Positions 1 through 9,867 are shown, counted from the stretch's first letter. The stretch: DNA of 64,000 bases from Candidatus Poriferisocius sp. (GCA_965221865.1 OZ244918.1:1702816-1766815); one strand, 5' to 3'. A program made the numbers and translations. The notes: generated by a model from the sequence alone, not told the origin.

Positions 1-127
1 GCGGACACTTGCCTAGACTACTTGCAGCCCGTGTCAGCTTTAGATCAAAGCACAAACGAACTCCTCATGTTTTAGCGTTATTTTGCTGAGGATGCCTGCT
101 CTGCTAGAGGTATGTTTGATGGTATGT

Positions 128-1073
128 CTAAATCAAGGTGAACTCCGTCGGTGGTTGCGACGGGTCGGCTATTATAATTGGTTTGATGTTTCTGCGGCCT
201 ATCGGTGGAGGGTTTTGTTGTGGCATAGTGTTTGGGTGTGTGGAGGCGCGCATGTTTTGAGGTGTTGTTACAGCAGGGGTTTATGTAACGCTGAGGTTGT
301 TTTGTGTTTGGGCAGGTGAAAGATCGGTTTGGTGAGTGTTTATTGCTTCACGCTATTGCAGCGGAGTTACGTTGTTTGGGTTACCGGATTTGTGTTGAGA
401 CGATTTGCTGGGCTTGTTATGATTTTTCTAACCGTAGCGGTTTACTATCAAAATGTTGGAAACTGCTGCCTCGTGCTTGGCGGCGTAAACCACCTAGCCG
501 CAGTTCGCAGGGTAGGTGCAGTGTTTTAGGTGATTGGTGTCGTATATGTGAGCGTCCCAGCGAAGCTGATAGCTGGGTTGAGCCTGGTCATTAGCAAGAC
601 GATCTGATTATCACTCAAAAACCATCGCTCAGCTATAGCTACTTTAGCAGAACGCAAAAGCCGTCAAACCTTCAGTGTCAGCTTAGGTGACAGCTACGAT
701 GCTGTTAACACTGCTAACACCTGTCACCCAAGCACTAGCCCAGCAACTTGCACATATGGTGAAAACCCTTCATCTGAGACCACCGCAGAGAAATGACACG
801 GTTAGCTGACATAGAAAAAACCGTCGGTATCAAAGTCTACTTCTGTGAACCCCACTCACCCTCACAACAACCCAACCAACAAACAAACCAACACCTATCC
901 TACGCCGCCCGCTACCCAAACACACCAACCCCAACACCACCAAACCCCTACCAGCAACCATCAAAGACCATATCAAGGTAAACTCCATCAGTGGTTGCAA
1001 CAGGTTAACTGTTAGGACTGGTTTGAATTATCAGCAACCGACCGATGGAATTTACCAATTTGTTGATGGGTGA
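128..1073 (+). mobile_element. Degenerate IS30-family element, copy 1 (transposase pseudogene)
   Basis: IS30-type transposase landmarks appear in order but are spread over several frames with stops. They are ETICWACY, ICERPSEADSWVEPGH*QDDLI (GHWEGDLI box with TGG->TAG), AIATLAERKSR, VYFCEPHSPSQQ (SPWQRG.NEN box) and the LNYQQPTDGIYQF C-terminus. About 97% identical to 2956-3612. Confidence 0.7.
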
Positions 1074-1098
1074 GCCTTGACAGTTTAAGCTTTTTGTT

Positions 1099-1794
1099 AT
1101 GACATACAGTAAGCATTTTTCGCGGCTTCGCATTGTTGCAGCAACCCTTATGGCAGTTGTCCTAGTATCTTTTGTTTTCACAGGGGTGGTTTCAGCTGAT
1201 CCAAAAGCAGATGGCTCGCAGGAGGAGCCTACAAAAGAGACTCCCACAAGCGAAGAGCGCCCCGACGATAACGGTGAGACCAACTCACGACACGAAAATA
1301 AAGAGCCTCAAGATGAAAAATCAGAAGATACCAAAAACAATCATAATCCTCAGGGTGACGAGCAGCCTCAAGATATTCAATTTGATGCAATATGTATATT
1401 GGGGGTTGGCTTTTGTGGCAGTAATGATCCCAAACCTCAGACAGATACCGGTTATAAAAATTGTGGAGGGTTTTTGCTTTCCCAAGTAGGTCTAACTTAT
1501 AGAGCGAATGGCACGAGCTATACTGCTATTCATGCTGTACCAACCAGGTTCGGTAGACTACTGTCAGGATCGTCATATTTAACCATGTACAATGATATAA
1601 GAGGTTGTTTAAATAAGTATAGACTGCTAGAAAGTGTAAAAGTGAGAAGTTGGACATCAATTAGGCAACAGTTAAGCTGCCATCTTCTTGGACAATATTT
1701 TGGTGGAGGAGGTTCAACATGGGATCTAGAAGGATATCGTGATGCTAATTATATTTGGTTAGCTAATGTGGGTGATCATATGTGTAATTGGTAG
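1099..1794 (+). CDS. Secreted protein, DUF2599-like C-terminal domain
   Basis: N-terminal signal peptide (RLRIVAATLMAVVLVSFVFTGVVSA), an acidic low-complexity linker, and a C-terminal region with Q..SCH...WDLEG.R...CNW resembling DUF2599. AT-rich relative to the rest of the window. Confidence 0.5.
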   Translation: MTYSKHFSRLRIVAATLMAVVLVSFVFTGVVSADPKADGSQEEPTKETPTSEERPDDNGETNSRHENKEPQDEKSEDTKNNHNPQGDEQPQDIQFDAICILGVGFCGSNDPKPQTDTGYKNCGGFLLSQVGLTYRANGTSYTAIHAVPTRFGRLLSGSSYLTMYNDIRGCLNKYRLLESVKVRSWTSIRQQLSCHLLGQYFGGGGSTWDLEGYRDANYIWLANVGDHMCNW

Positions 1795-1830
1795 TTTCAA
1801 AAAACTCTAAGCTAGTGTGAAACAGTATTA

Positions 1831-2406
1831 ATGCAACACTATATTGTAAGTAGTCGGTATTACTGGATATTTCACATTAAGCGCCGGCTGTTTGGTTGGT
1901 TATACCATGAGGATAGTCTTGACAAAATCCTGATTCCATGGATTATAGTTTCTCTAGCAATATCATTAGTTCCATTTCATTTATGGCATGTTATTGCAGT
2001 TTTTTTATTATTATTTTATGGGTTTTTCTATCTTAAGATTTCAACTGAGAAAGATTGCAGTGACCTTATCAGGCCATATTGGATGGAACAGCTGCGTACT
2101 CCAGCATTAGTACGTCTTTGGATTCTTGTAACATATTCAGCATGGAGAACAGGTGTATCATTTATTACTGGCTCTGCTCCTAGCTATGAACGTTTGGTTG
2201 ATTTAGAGAAAGGAATTGTTATTCCTTCAACTATGTTTTATATTTGGAAAATAGGTGCTTGGGGTATAGTGATAATTTCAATACTATTTTCAATACAATT
2301 TGCATGGTGGGTGCGCTGGAAACCAATTCTTATCGTAGCTATAATGCTTGTACCAGTTCAATTATGGGTTTGGACTAATCGGATATCGCATGGCCTCATA
2401 TTTTGA
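1831..2406 (+). CDS. Integral membrane protein, unknown function
   Basis: 191-aa ORF with about five hydrophobic helices. AT-rich and co-oriented with 1099-1794. Confidence 0.5.
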   Translation: MQHYIVSSRYYWIFHIKRRLFGWLYHEDSLDKILIPWIIVSLAISLVPFHLWHVIAVFLLLFYGFFYLKISTEKDCSDLIRPYWMEQLRTPALVRLWILVTYSAWRTGVSFITGSAPSYERLVDLEKGIVIPSTMFYIWKIGAWGIVIISILFSIQFAWWVRWKPILIVAIMLVPVQLWVWTNRISHGLIF

Positions 2407-2460
2407 GCCTCAGCGATTTTGTAGGGTGAAGGTTGTTTAGAGATCGGCTATTGCAGTGCA

Positions 2461-2487
2461 GAGCTAACAACCTCTATGGACACTACA
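2461..2487. repeat. 27-bp perfect direct repeat, copy a (gagctaacaacctctatggacactaca)
   Basis: The identical 27-mer occurs again at 4030-4056. The pair brackets IS30-like copy 2 and a 330-bp remnant. Confidence 0.9.
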
Positions 2488-2549
2488 CCTAGCAGGGCAG
2501 GCTCTTCAGCAAAATAATGCTAAAAAATGAGGAGTTCATTTGTGCTTTG

Positions 2550-3698
2550 GCAAGCTCTAGTGGTGGTCGCGACATAGTTGATTGTATATGGTTTGGGCTG
2601 TGTTCGGGTGGTGGAGTTTTCTGGGCATGTTGTTTGGTGAACTCCGTCGGTGGTCGCGACGGGTCGGCTATTATGGTCGGTTTGATGTTTCTGCGGCCTA
2701 TCGTTGGAGGGTTTTGTTGTGGCATAGTGTTTGGGTGTGTGGGGGCGCGCATGTTTTGAGGTGTTGTTACAGCAGGGTTTGAGTGATGCTGGGTTTGGGA
2801 AGTGTTTGGGTAGGAGTCGGGTAACGGTGTGGTGGGAACAGAAGCGTTTCGTTCAGGGCGCGTATCATGCTGAAACCGCTCAAAATGGGGCTGATGGGAA
2901 AGCGTTACGACCGAGGCTGTGTGAACTGGTTGTAGATGGTGAACTTGTTTAGCTGGTGAAAGATCGGTTTGGTGAGTGTTTATCGCTTCACGCTATTGCA
3001 GCGGAGTTACGTTGTTTGGGTTACCGGATTTGTGCCGAGATGATTTGCTGGGCTTGTTATGATTTTTCTAACCGTAGCGGTTTACTATCAAAATGTTGGA
3101 AACTGCTGCCTCGTGCTTGGCGGCGTAAACCACCTAGCCGCAGTTCGCAGGGTAGGTGCAGTGTTTTAGGTGATTGGTGTCGTATATGTGAGCGTCCCAG
3201 CGAAGCTGATAGCTGAGTTGAGCCTGGTCATTAGCAAGGCGATCTGATTATCACCCAAAAACCATCGCTCAGCTATAGCTACTTTAGCAGAACGCAAAAG
3301 CCGTCAAACCTTCAGTGTCAGCTTAGGTGACAGCTACGATGCTGTTAACACTGCTAACACCTGTCACCCAAGCACTAGCCCGGCAACTTGCACATATGGT
3401 GAAAACCCTCATCTGAGACCACCGCAGAGAAATGACACGGTTAGCTGACATAGAAAAAACCGTCGGTATCAAAGTTTACTTCTGTGAACCCCACTCACCA
3501 TGGCAACAACCCAACCAACAAACAAACCAACACCTATCTTACGACGCCCGCTACTCAAACACACCAACCTCAACACCACCAAACCCCTACCAGCAACCAT
3601 CAAAGACCATATCAACAACACACCCAAAAAACCCCACCACCCGAACACAACCCAAACCACACACAACCAACCATGTCACAACCACCACTAGAACTTGC
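2550..3698 (+). mobile_element. Degenerate IS30-family element, copy 2 (transposase pseudogene) with 85-bp terminal inverted repeat
   Basis: Contains N-terminal HTH-like LGRSRVTVWWEQKRF..AYHAETAQ, then the same landmarks as copy 1 (EPGH*QGDLI, VYFCEPHSPWQQ), with stops and frameshifts. 2550-2634 is the reverse complement of 3614-3698 (73/85 identical). Confidence 0.7.
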
Positions 3699-4029
3699 CT
3701 TATTTAGCAGTAATTTTTTGTCCCAGTTGCCAAACCCAATCAGGCGCATTTATAGCGTCATGGTCGCATAAAGCGTTAACTGCCATAGCGATCCGTGTCA
3801 GATCGTGGCGGCGCGGCGTGTGAAACGATGCCACCACCGATGTCGCTGCGGTGGTATTTTCATACTTATTACTCTATGAGCGTGATCTGTGTGCGATCAT
3901 TGCTTGCACAGTTCGCGAAGGTCAACCACACGACCACGCATATCGTTATTACGCATCAGCTCAGGAGTATCAGCAGCTGTGATAGTAGGAACAAACACCA
4001 CACTGACACAGGAGGCTCACCCAAACACG

Positions 4030-4056
4030 GAGCTAACAACCTCTATGGACACTACA
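4030..4056. repeat. 27-bp perfect direct repeat, copy b
   Basis: Identical to 2461-2487. Confidence 0.9.
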
Positions 4057-4164
4057 TGTAGCCGCACATAGGTAGACATATATTTAGTTTAGTACTCTCC
4101 TAGATTGAAGCTATTGCAAAGTGATGTAGATATTTTGATTTAGCCCATTAGTGTTAATACTCGT

Positions 4165-5358
4165 ATGCCTGATGATGAGATGGCTGCTCAAACCTCCGCC
4201 GAGTTACCGGTAGCCGAGTTAATTGATATAGAACCAGCCATTGTTGCAGAAGACGCTGCGCCAGCCCCCGCTGTTGCAGAACCTGCACTAACCCTAGCTG
4301 CTGTTACAGACCTCAAACCTGAAGCTCCGCCGGGAGAGCCTGTATCAGCCACGGTGGACGGGCTTGTTAGCGGCACAATTGTTGCTGGTGCGGTTAAAAC
4401 TAAGGCTGTTCACGAAGTGGAATTAGATTTAGGTGGAGATCGGATTGGGGTAATCAGCCAGCGCTACTGGGGTGACGACCCGGCTGCTGATCTAACTCGA
4501 GAATGTGTTTTGGGTGAGGTTGTTAACGCTGCTGTTTTGGTGCGCCAAGACCATAAGGGTCGTATCGTGTTGTCGCGGTTGTGGGCTATGCAGCAGATTG
4601 CTTGGGCAAACATTGCCAGAGCAGCATCAGCCAATGAGGCGATTAGCGGCACTATCACAGCTGTAGTGAAAGGTGGGCTATCTTGTGATGTGGGGGTGCG
4701 GGGTTTTATCCCCTTGTCTTTAGTAGATATTGAGCCGGTAGAGAACCTTCAGTCTTTGGTTGGCCAGGAGGTTCAGTGCAAGGTTGTTGATGCCGATCAG
4801 ATGTCAGGCCGATTGGTGTTATCGCGCAAAGCGGTACTGCGGGCTACCCAGCGCAAGGCGGCAAAAGCGCTGCTGGAATCTATGACCCCAGGCGATGAGC
4901 ACACTGCCAGAGTGGTAGATATTCAAGATTTTGGTGTCTTTGTAGATATCAGCGGGGTGCGGGGGTTGGTGCATATAGCTGATATGGCTTGGAAGCGTGT
5001 GCAACACCCTAGTGAGTTAGTTGCAGTAGGTGATGAGGTGAAGGTGCGGGTGAAGTCGGTGCAGGTTCCTAAGCAGCGTGTGAACCTTACTATGAAGTTA
5101 GATGCCGATCCGCTACAGAGATTAGAAGTAGGTAGTCTGCTGGTGGGCCAAGTTAGCCGTTTAGTAGATTTTGGTGCTTTTGTGATGCTAGAAGGCGATG
5201 TTGAAGGTTTGGTTCACATCACCGAGATGGCCGAGTACCGTGTGTATCATCCCGAAGAAGTGGTGTTGCCTGGTGAACAGGTTTGGGTAAAGGTACTTGC
5301 CGTAGACCGTAAACGCCGCCGTGTGGACTTGTCCATAGCGCAAGCCATCGCTGGCTAA
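4165..5358 (+). CDS. S1 RNA-binding domain protein (RpsA-like, four S1 repeats)
   Basis: Ala/Pro-rich N-terminus followed by repeated S1 motifs (G.V..V..FGVFVDI.GVRGLVHI..M, VDFGAFVMLEG.VEGLVHITE). Confidence 0.7.
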   Translation: MPDDEMAAQTSAELPVAELIDIEPAIVAEDAAPAPAVAEPALTLAAVTDLKPEAPPGEPVSATVDGLVSGTIVAGAVKTKAVHEVELDLGGDRIGVISQRYWGDDPAADLTRECVLGEVVNAAVLVRQDHKGRIVLSRLWAMQQIAWANIARAASANEAISGTITAVVKGGLSCDVGVRGFIPLSLVDIEPVENLQSLVGQEVQCKVVDADQMSGRLVLSRKAVLRATQRKAAKALLESMTPGDEHTARVVDIQDFGVFVDISGVRGLVHIADMAWKRVQHPSELVAVGDEVKVRVKSVQVPKQRVNLTMKLDADPLQRLEVGSLLVGQVSRLVDFGAFVMLEGDVEGLVHITEMAEYRVYHPEEVVLPGEQVWVKVLAVDRKRRRVDLSIAQAIAG

Positions 5359-5868
5359 TTGTAGCGTCCATGGAGTTCACCTAACCATCACAAAAACCAA
5401 AACCTGACGTCCCTGCTTAAACGCGCAGAGCCGGTTTCTAGATACTCAACCTTCGCTTCTTCATATAGGAGACCAGCCATTTTCCTAGAGAGTCCAAAAT
5501 GTAAATTACGATACTTCTAACCGTAGTGGACCGAAACGAAAACAAGTCTTACCGAAACACTAAATCTTGTTTGAAACTAGACATCCATTTTCCCACAACG
5601 CGGCTGAGCTACTTAGAGTAATCTGAATAGTATGTAGTTGCCTAAAGTGTTGGACCCCATCGTGAAGACCTCTAAAAACGGTGCTGCGGTGGATTATCTG
5701 CGGTATATGCAACAGTTCGCTTATTTTCGTTTAGAAGACCTGCCATGCAGTCCGAAAGTCGTTAAAGAAGTGGAACTGTTTGTCATCCACCAGTCTTTGC
5801 CTGATTTTTACATTTTGCTCTAATGCGGTCATTATTGCTAATGCGGTCGTTATTGCTAAGATAGTCGT

Positions 5869-7176
5869 ATGCAGAAACTTGATCCGTGGGAAGAAGGACT
5901 CGCCAAATCTGCAAACAGTCCATTTACACCTGCTTTTGGAACTGCACCTACCACTATGGTTGGCAGGGACGACTTGATTCGATCCATAGCTAGTGGATTT
6001 CAAGACCGGGCAGGTTCCCCTGGGCATTCTCCACTTGTGTTTGGTGCTCGCGGGACTGGTAAAACGTCTTTACTTCACTCAATCTGCGAATCGGCTGCTA
6101 GAAGCGGGTGGCTAACGCTATCTCTGGATGCTGGCAGTCCAGGACTGTTGAAACGTGTTGATGCTGCTATTGAGTGGGCGGTACGCGAGTCTGGGCATCA
6201 ATCCCTTGAAGATATTTCTTCTGATTCTTTGTCTCGGCTAAACCATCTGCAATTTTTAGGTGTAGGAGCTGGGTGGGAGCCAAAAAGACGCGACACGAAC
6301 CCAGTCAACTACACAATCCGTGAGCGCTTAGCAAAACTAACAAAAGCGGTAGCTGCAAATGGTGGACGTGTGCTTATCACAGTAGATGAAATGCATAACA
6401 TTAGGCTCACGGAAGCGCGTCGGTTTTGTAACGATTTGCAACATATAACCAAAGGCGACGAGTTGCCTCTTTTATTTCTCGGAGCGGGTTTCCCAATGAT
6501 GAGAGAAGGGATACTTAAAGATAGTCGGCTCTCATTTTTTAGGCGTTCCGATCTTTACGATATTGCGGCACTTACTATCAATGACGCGCTTGAAGGGATA
6601 GAACAGCCGATATTAGAAGCAGGCGGGACGATCAGTGAAGAAGCATTACAGATCGCAGCAGAGGGTTCTGTTGGTAAATATCCATATATGCTTCAGCTGA
6701 TAGGGGATCACGCGTGGAAAGCGGCCGGAGCGCCTTTAGGTCGTATAGAGGTAAAGCACGCAGAGCGGGCAGTAGAGGCGGCTAGAAAAGAGTTTGACGA
6801 TAAAATATCAGCTCCTTCTTGGTCTGATTTATCTGACGCTGAGCAAGATTTCATGGCAGGTCTAGCTTCGCTGGGGGGAAAAGCCGAATCAGCTCAAGTA
6901 AGAACCGCTTCAGGTTTGATCCCACGCACTGCTAGAAGAATTCAACTGCGACTAACGATCGGTGGGTATATCACAGAAGATAGGGGTTTCTTGGAAATCA
7001 CCGATCTCGTTTCACGAGAATCGGTGTCAGCGTTCTTTTCCCCAGATTTACTTGAAAACAGGCAGAGCACAGCGCATGTTGCGGGGAAGCGCCAGTGTAA
7101 TAAATGGATGCCGCGTGCCCGACAACCTTGCGTGTTGGCATTGAATCATAAAGGACCATGCCGCTCTCATATTTAA
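5869..7176 (+). CDS. AAA/STAND-like NTPase with C-terminal wHTH-like region
   Basis: Walker A GARGTGKTSLL and Walker B LITVDEMH. 435 aa. Confidence 0.55.
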   Translation: MQKLDPWEEGLAKSANSPFTPAFGTAPTTMVGRDDLIRSIASGFQDRAGSPGHSPLVFGARGTGKTSLLHSICESAARSGWLTLSLDAGSPGLLKRVDAAIEWAVRESGHQSLEDISSDSLSRLNHLQFLGVGAGWEPKRRDTNPVNYTIRERLAKLTKAVAANGGRVLITVDEMHNIRLTEARRFCNDLQHITKGDELPLLFLGAGFPMMREGILKDSRLSFFRRSDLYDIAALTINDALEGIEQPILEAGGTISEEALQIAAEGSVGKYPYMLQLIGDHAWKAAGAPLGRIEVKHAERAVEAARKEFDDKISAPSWSDLSDAEQDFMAGLASLGGKAESAQVRTASGLIPRTARRIQLRLTIGGYITEDRGFLEITDLVSRESVSAFFSPDLLENRQSTAHVAGKRQCNKWMPRARQPCVLALNHKGPCRSHI

Positions 7177-7236
7177 TACACACCAGCCCTCAGCACAGCA
7201 TTACCGCCACGGATACACTCTTTGACCTGCATGTGA

Positions 7237-7941
7237 TGGGATCCCCCCCCCTTAGACGACATCAGCCGAACCGATATCACCCAAGTAGAAGACGTGCAAC
7301 GCGACCCTGTCGGCGTCCGTAGACTGCTAACTTCGTTGGGGCGTAACACCGGCGCCAAAGCATCTTTGCGAACACTGTCTCAAGACGCTTCTAAGGATCG
7401 AGATGTGGCTATGCATCCCCGAACTATTAAGGCATACTTACAAGCGCTTGAGCGCTTGTTTGTGGTTGAAGATTTGCTGGCATGGCAACCGCATCTTCGG
7501 TCGCGAATAGCTTTACGCACAACTCCAGTTCGCCATTTCGTATGCCCCTCTCTCGCTGTTGTCGCTTTGCGTACCAACAGCACTCGCCTGCGAGCCGATT
7601 TGAGGTTCTTCGGTTGTCTCTTTGAATCGCTTGTTGTGCGTGATCTTCGCATCTACTCACAGATTGAGGGCTGCCTTCTCTCCCACTATCGAGACGAATA
7701 CGGCTTAGAAGTAGATGTGATTTTAGAAAGAGCCTACGGAGAGTGGGCTGCATTCGAAATCAAACTAGGAAGCCAGGCAGTCATCATGGAAGGAATCGAG
7801 TCGCTTCGCATGCTAAAAGATCGCGTTAACACCAAACGTATAGGGGAACCCAGCAAGCTAGCAGTAATCACTGCAACAGGCATTGGTGGGGAGTTGCCTG
7901 ACAACATAGCAGTCATACCCATCACAGCCCTCGGCCCCTGA
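7237..7941 (+). pseudogene. DUF4143-domain ATPase, 5'-truncated C-terminal fragment
   Basis: The region DI..V.RDP..VRRLL..L..N.G...S...L......HPRTIKAYL.ALE.LF resembles the DUF4143 C-terminal half of AAA_14 proteins. The N-terminal ATPase half is absent. The frame opens just after a stop at 7234-7236 and runs through a C9 tract (7243-7251); the first start codon is GTG 7294. Confidence 0.5.
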
Positions 7942-8216
7942 CGGCTCACATAGCCAAAACAACCAACTCAACAAACTGTCAGTACCTAATAAACCGGCGC
8001 CCCTACTGTAAACACGTTCCATTGCAGCATTCAAAACCTCACACGGCAGCCGCCCAAACAATTCCAGTCTCAAGTTCTCAGTCAATAGCGACTCTTTCTC
8101 GGATTCCGGCAAAAACACCGGAACTAACTATCTCAGACCACACCCTTCACACAGACAATCTGACAGTCTCCCAGCAAGCATTTTCGACATGCTTTAACCT
8201 TTGAATAAATTGGGTA

Positions 8217-8705
8217 TTATTGCCCCAAGACAAACCGCGCTTTTTCTTCCCGCAACATCTCGTAGGGGTTTATAAATGTGACCCCGACTCCACGACAAGC
8301 TTCGGGAATTTTGATCTTTTTCAACGACTCGCTAGATGCCTCATGCGTCACCACAATACAGTCATTAGCATGGGCTTGGGCTACTAGGTAATAGTCGGTA
8401 CTTTGTAAAAATTCGGAGACTCCAGCTGATGTGTATTTTTGGCTGTTTGCCCACCCGCTAACCAAACTTAAGCTGTCACTGATCAAGTCGCTTTCAAGAG
8501 GAAAAAGGTCAGGTCTCCGCCCAGCCCATTCGGCGAGTTCATCCTCCTTAGCTTGAATTCCATCGCCTACTTTTTTGATGCTGAAAACTTTGCCCGCTTC
8601 ATTTTGCTGATCCAGCCAATCCCAGAATGCTGGGCAGAATTCGAATCCGTAATGCAGGTTCTTTGCCTGAATAAAGACGTTGGTATCTAGCAGATAAGTT
8701 GTCAT
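8217..8705 (-). CDS. DUF4411 (PIN-like) family protein
   Basis: N-terminus YLLDTNVFIQAKNLHYGFEFCPAFWDWL is typical of DUF4411. Its start overlaps the stop of the upstream ImmA gene. Confidence 0.7.
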   Translation of the reverse strand: MTTYLLDTNVFIQAKNLHYGFEFCPAFWDWLDQQNEAGKVFSIKKVGDGIQAKEDELAEWAGRRPDLFPLESDLISDSLSLVSGWANSQKYTSAGVSEFLQSTDYYLVAQAHANDCIVVTHEASSESLKKIKIPEACRGVGVTFINPYEMLREEKARFVLGQ

Positions 8706-9847
8706 ATCACTTCAAGCTGCTTGCAGAGTTTGTCGAAGGTGGATTGTTTTTTGAGTCCAAGCATATTGAAGGCATCTGTGTAGAGTGTTTGCCCTTCAAG
8801 GGTGTTAGCGATCACTGAACGTGTGAATTGTTTGGAGACTCTTGTAAGCAGTGTGTTGCAGAAGTTGCCTCCGCTATTTTTTGTGGGTAACAAGTCCATC
8901 ACTCGCGCTAGTTCAGTTTGATATGTGTTTTGGTAGCTATTCCAGTCAAGATATCTCGCTTCATGCACTTGATGTAACACTACAAGAGTGCTTGATTTGA
9001 AATGATGTGCTAGCCGATCTAGCTCATCAATTAAGGGTGCATTGACATCAAAAGCTGTACGTAACTCTTGTAATGGCACTAGAACTTCTGCGGCAACGCT
9101 ATTGCACCACCGTTCTATCTCATTTGTGGTTCGCGCTCTGAGGTTGAAATCTGACAAAGCGCTCTCACCAAGCCAGATATGGGCTAGTTCATGTACAAGA
9201 GTGAATGTTTGTGCTGCCTGCGTGTCCGCTCTGTTGATAAATACCAGCGGTGCCACTGAGTCTACTAGTGCAAAACCCCTGAACTCTTCAGGATTCAACT
9301 TGCGGTGGGTGTTGCTGCCAACAACACCACTCACCATGACTAGCACACCGATTGCCTCAGCTTGATCACGTAGGTAGGTAAATGTACCCGCCCAACCTGC
9401 TTCTCGCTTTTCCGATCCAAAAGAAAGTGCTTCTGTAATCTCTGCACCTGCTGCAACGGGATCAACTTCAGTAGTAAGTGAACCAACTTGAGACACCTCA
9501 TTGAGCCCGATAGTACGAGCGTAATCCCGGTACCAGTCCTGTCGTTGTTGACATTGGTAAATAGTGTCTAGGAGGTCCGGGCTCGGACGAACAGCTGAGC
9601 GGTCGCCGATGGTACGAAAGTCGGGAATGGGTATGTCTTCTTTTGGTGGTACTGCCAAGAAGAGGTAGCCAACCGGCGTGCGTGTTGCCCTTGCAAAGTT
9701 TTCCAGCTGCTTCAAAGTTGGGTTCACCTCACCAGACTCCCACTGATACAACTTAGGAAACTTTTGAATTAGCAAGTCCGCGTCAAGGCCAGAGCGCGCG
9801 CGTGCCCATGCCAGCAAAGCGGGCTCAACTGTAACCTGAACTGTCAC
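8702..9847 (-). CDS. HTH (XRE-like) + ImmA/IrrE zinc metallopeptidase
   Basis: N-terminal HTH-like segment and the HEXXH motif HELAHIWLG. The usual partner gene of DUF4411. Confidence 0.75.
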   Translation of the reverse strand: MTVQVTVEPALLAWARARSGLDADLLIQKFPKLYQWESGEVNPTLKQLENFARATRTPVGYLFLAVPPKEDIPIPDFRTIGDRSAVRPSPDLLDTIYQCQQRQDWYRDYARTIGLNEVSQVGSLTTEVDPVAAGAEITEALSFGSEKREAGWAGTFTYLRDQAEAIGVLVMVSGVVGSNTHRKLNPEEFRGFALVDSVAPLVFINRADTQAAQTFTLVHELAHIWLGESALSDFNLRARTTNEIERWCNSVAAEVLVPLQELRTAFDVNAPLIDELDRLAHHFKSSTLVVLHQVHEARYLDWNSYQNTYQTELARVMDLLPTKNSGGNFCNTLLTRVSKQFTRSVIANTLEGQTLYTDAFNMLGLKKQSTFDKLCKQLEVI

Positions 9848-9867
9848 GCTCGTTTAGCCTGTATTGC
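9787..9867. repeat. 81-bp direct repeat, copy 1 (covers the real 5' end of the ImmA gene)
   Basis: Near-identical to 10611-10691, with a few mismatches clustered in the first 20 nt. Confidence 0.9.

Noticed and set aside
132-1026. Diversity-generating retroelement (TR/VR pair) as an explanation for the A-specific differences between 972-1026 and 132-186
   Set aside because: No reverse transcriptase is in the window, and the repeats are IS fragments rather than the 3' end of a target gene. The changes are mainly A->G and are accompanied elsewhere by equally frequent C->T, whereas DGRs randomise A to any base. The tracts also extend for kilobases.
83-3771. Numerous 60-100 aa ORFs in the track (83-319, 304-594, 793-981, 2582-2782, 2731-2952, 2956-3216, 3432-3707, 3484-3771 and others)
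   Set aside because: They are fragments of the two IS30-like transposase pseudogenes read in different frames, or antisense or low-complexity readings of skewed DNA. They are not independent genes.
3795-4071. ORFs 3795-4061 and 3889-4071, and a short minus-strand reading ..VVFVPTITAADTPELMRNNDMRGRVVDLRELCKQ*
   Set aside because: There are no recognisable domains or start signals. The minus-strand piece looks like the tail of a disrupted gene, but it is too short (about 35 aa) to call.
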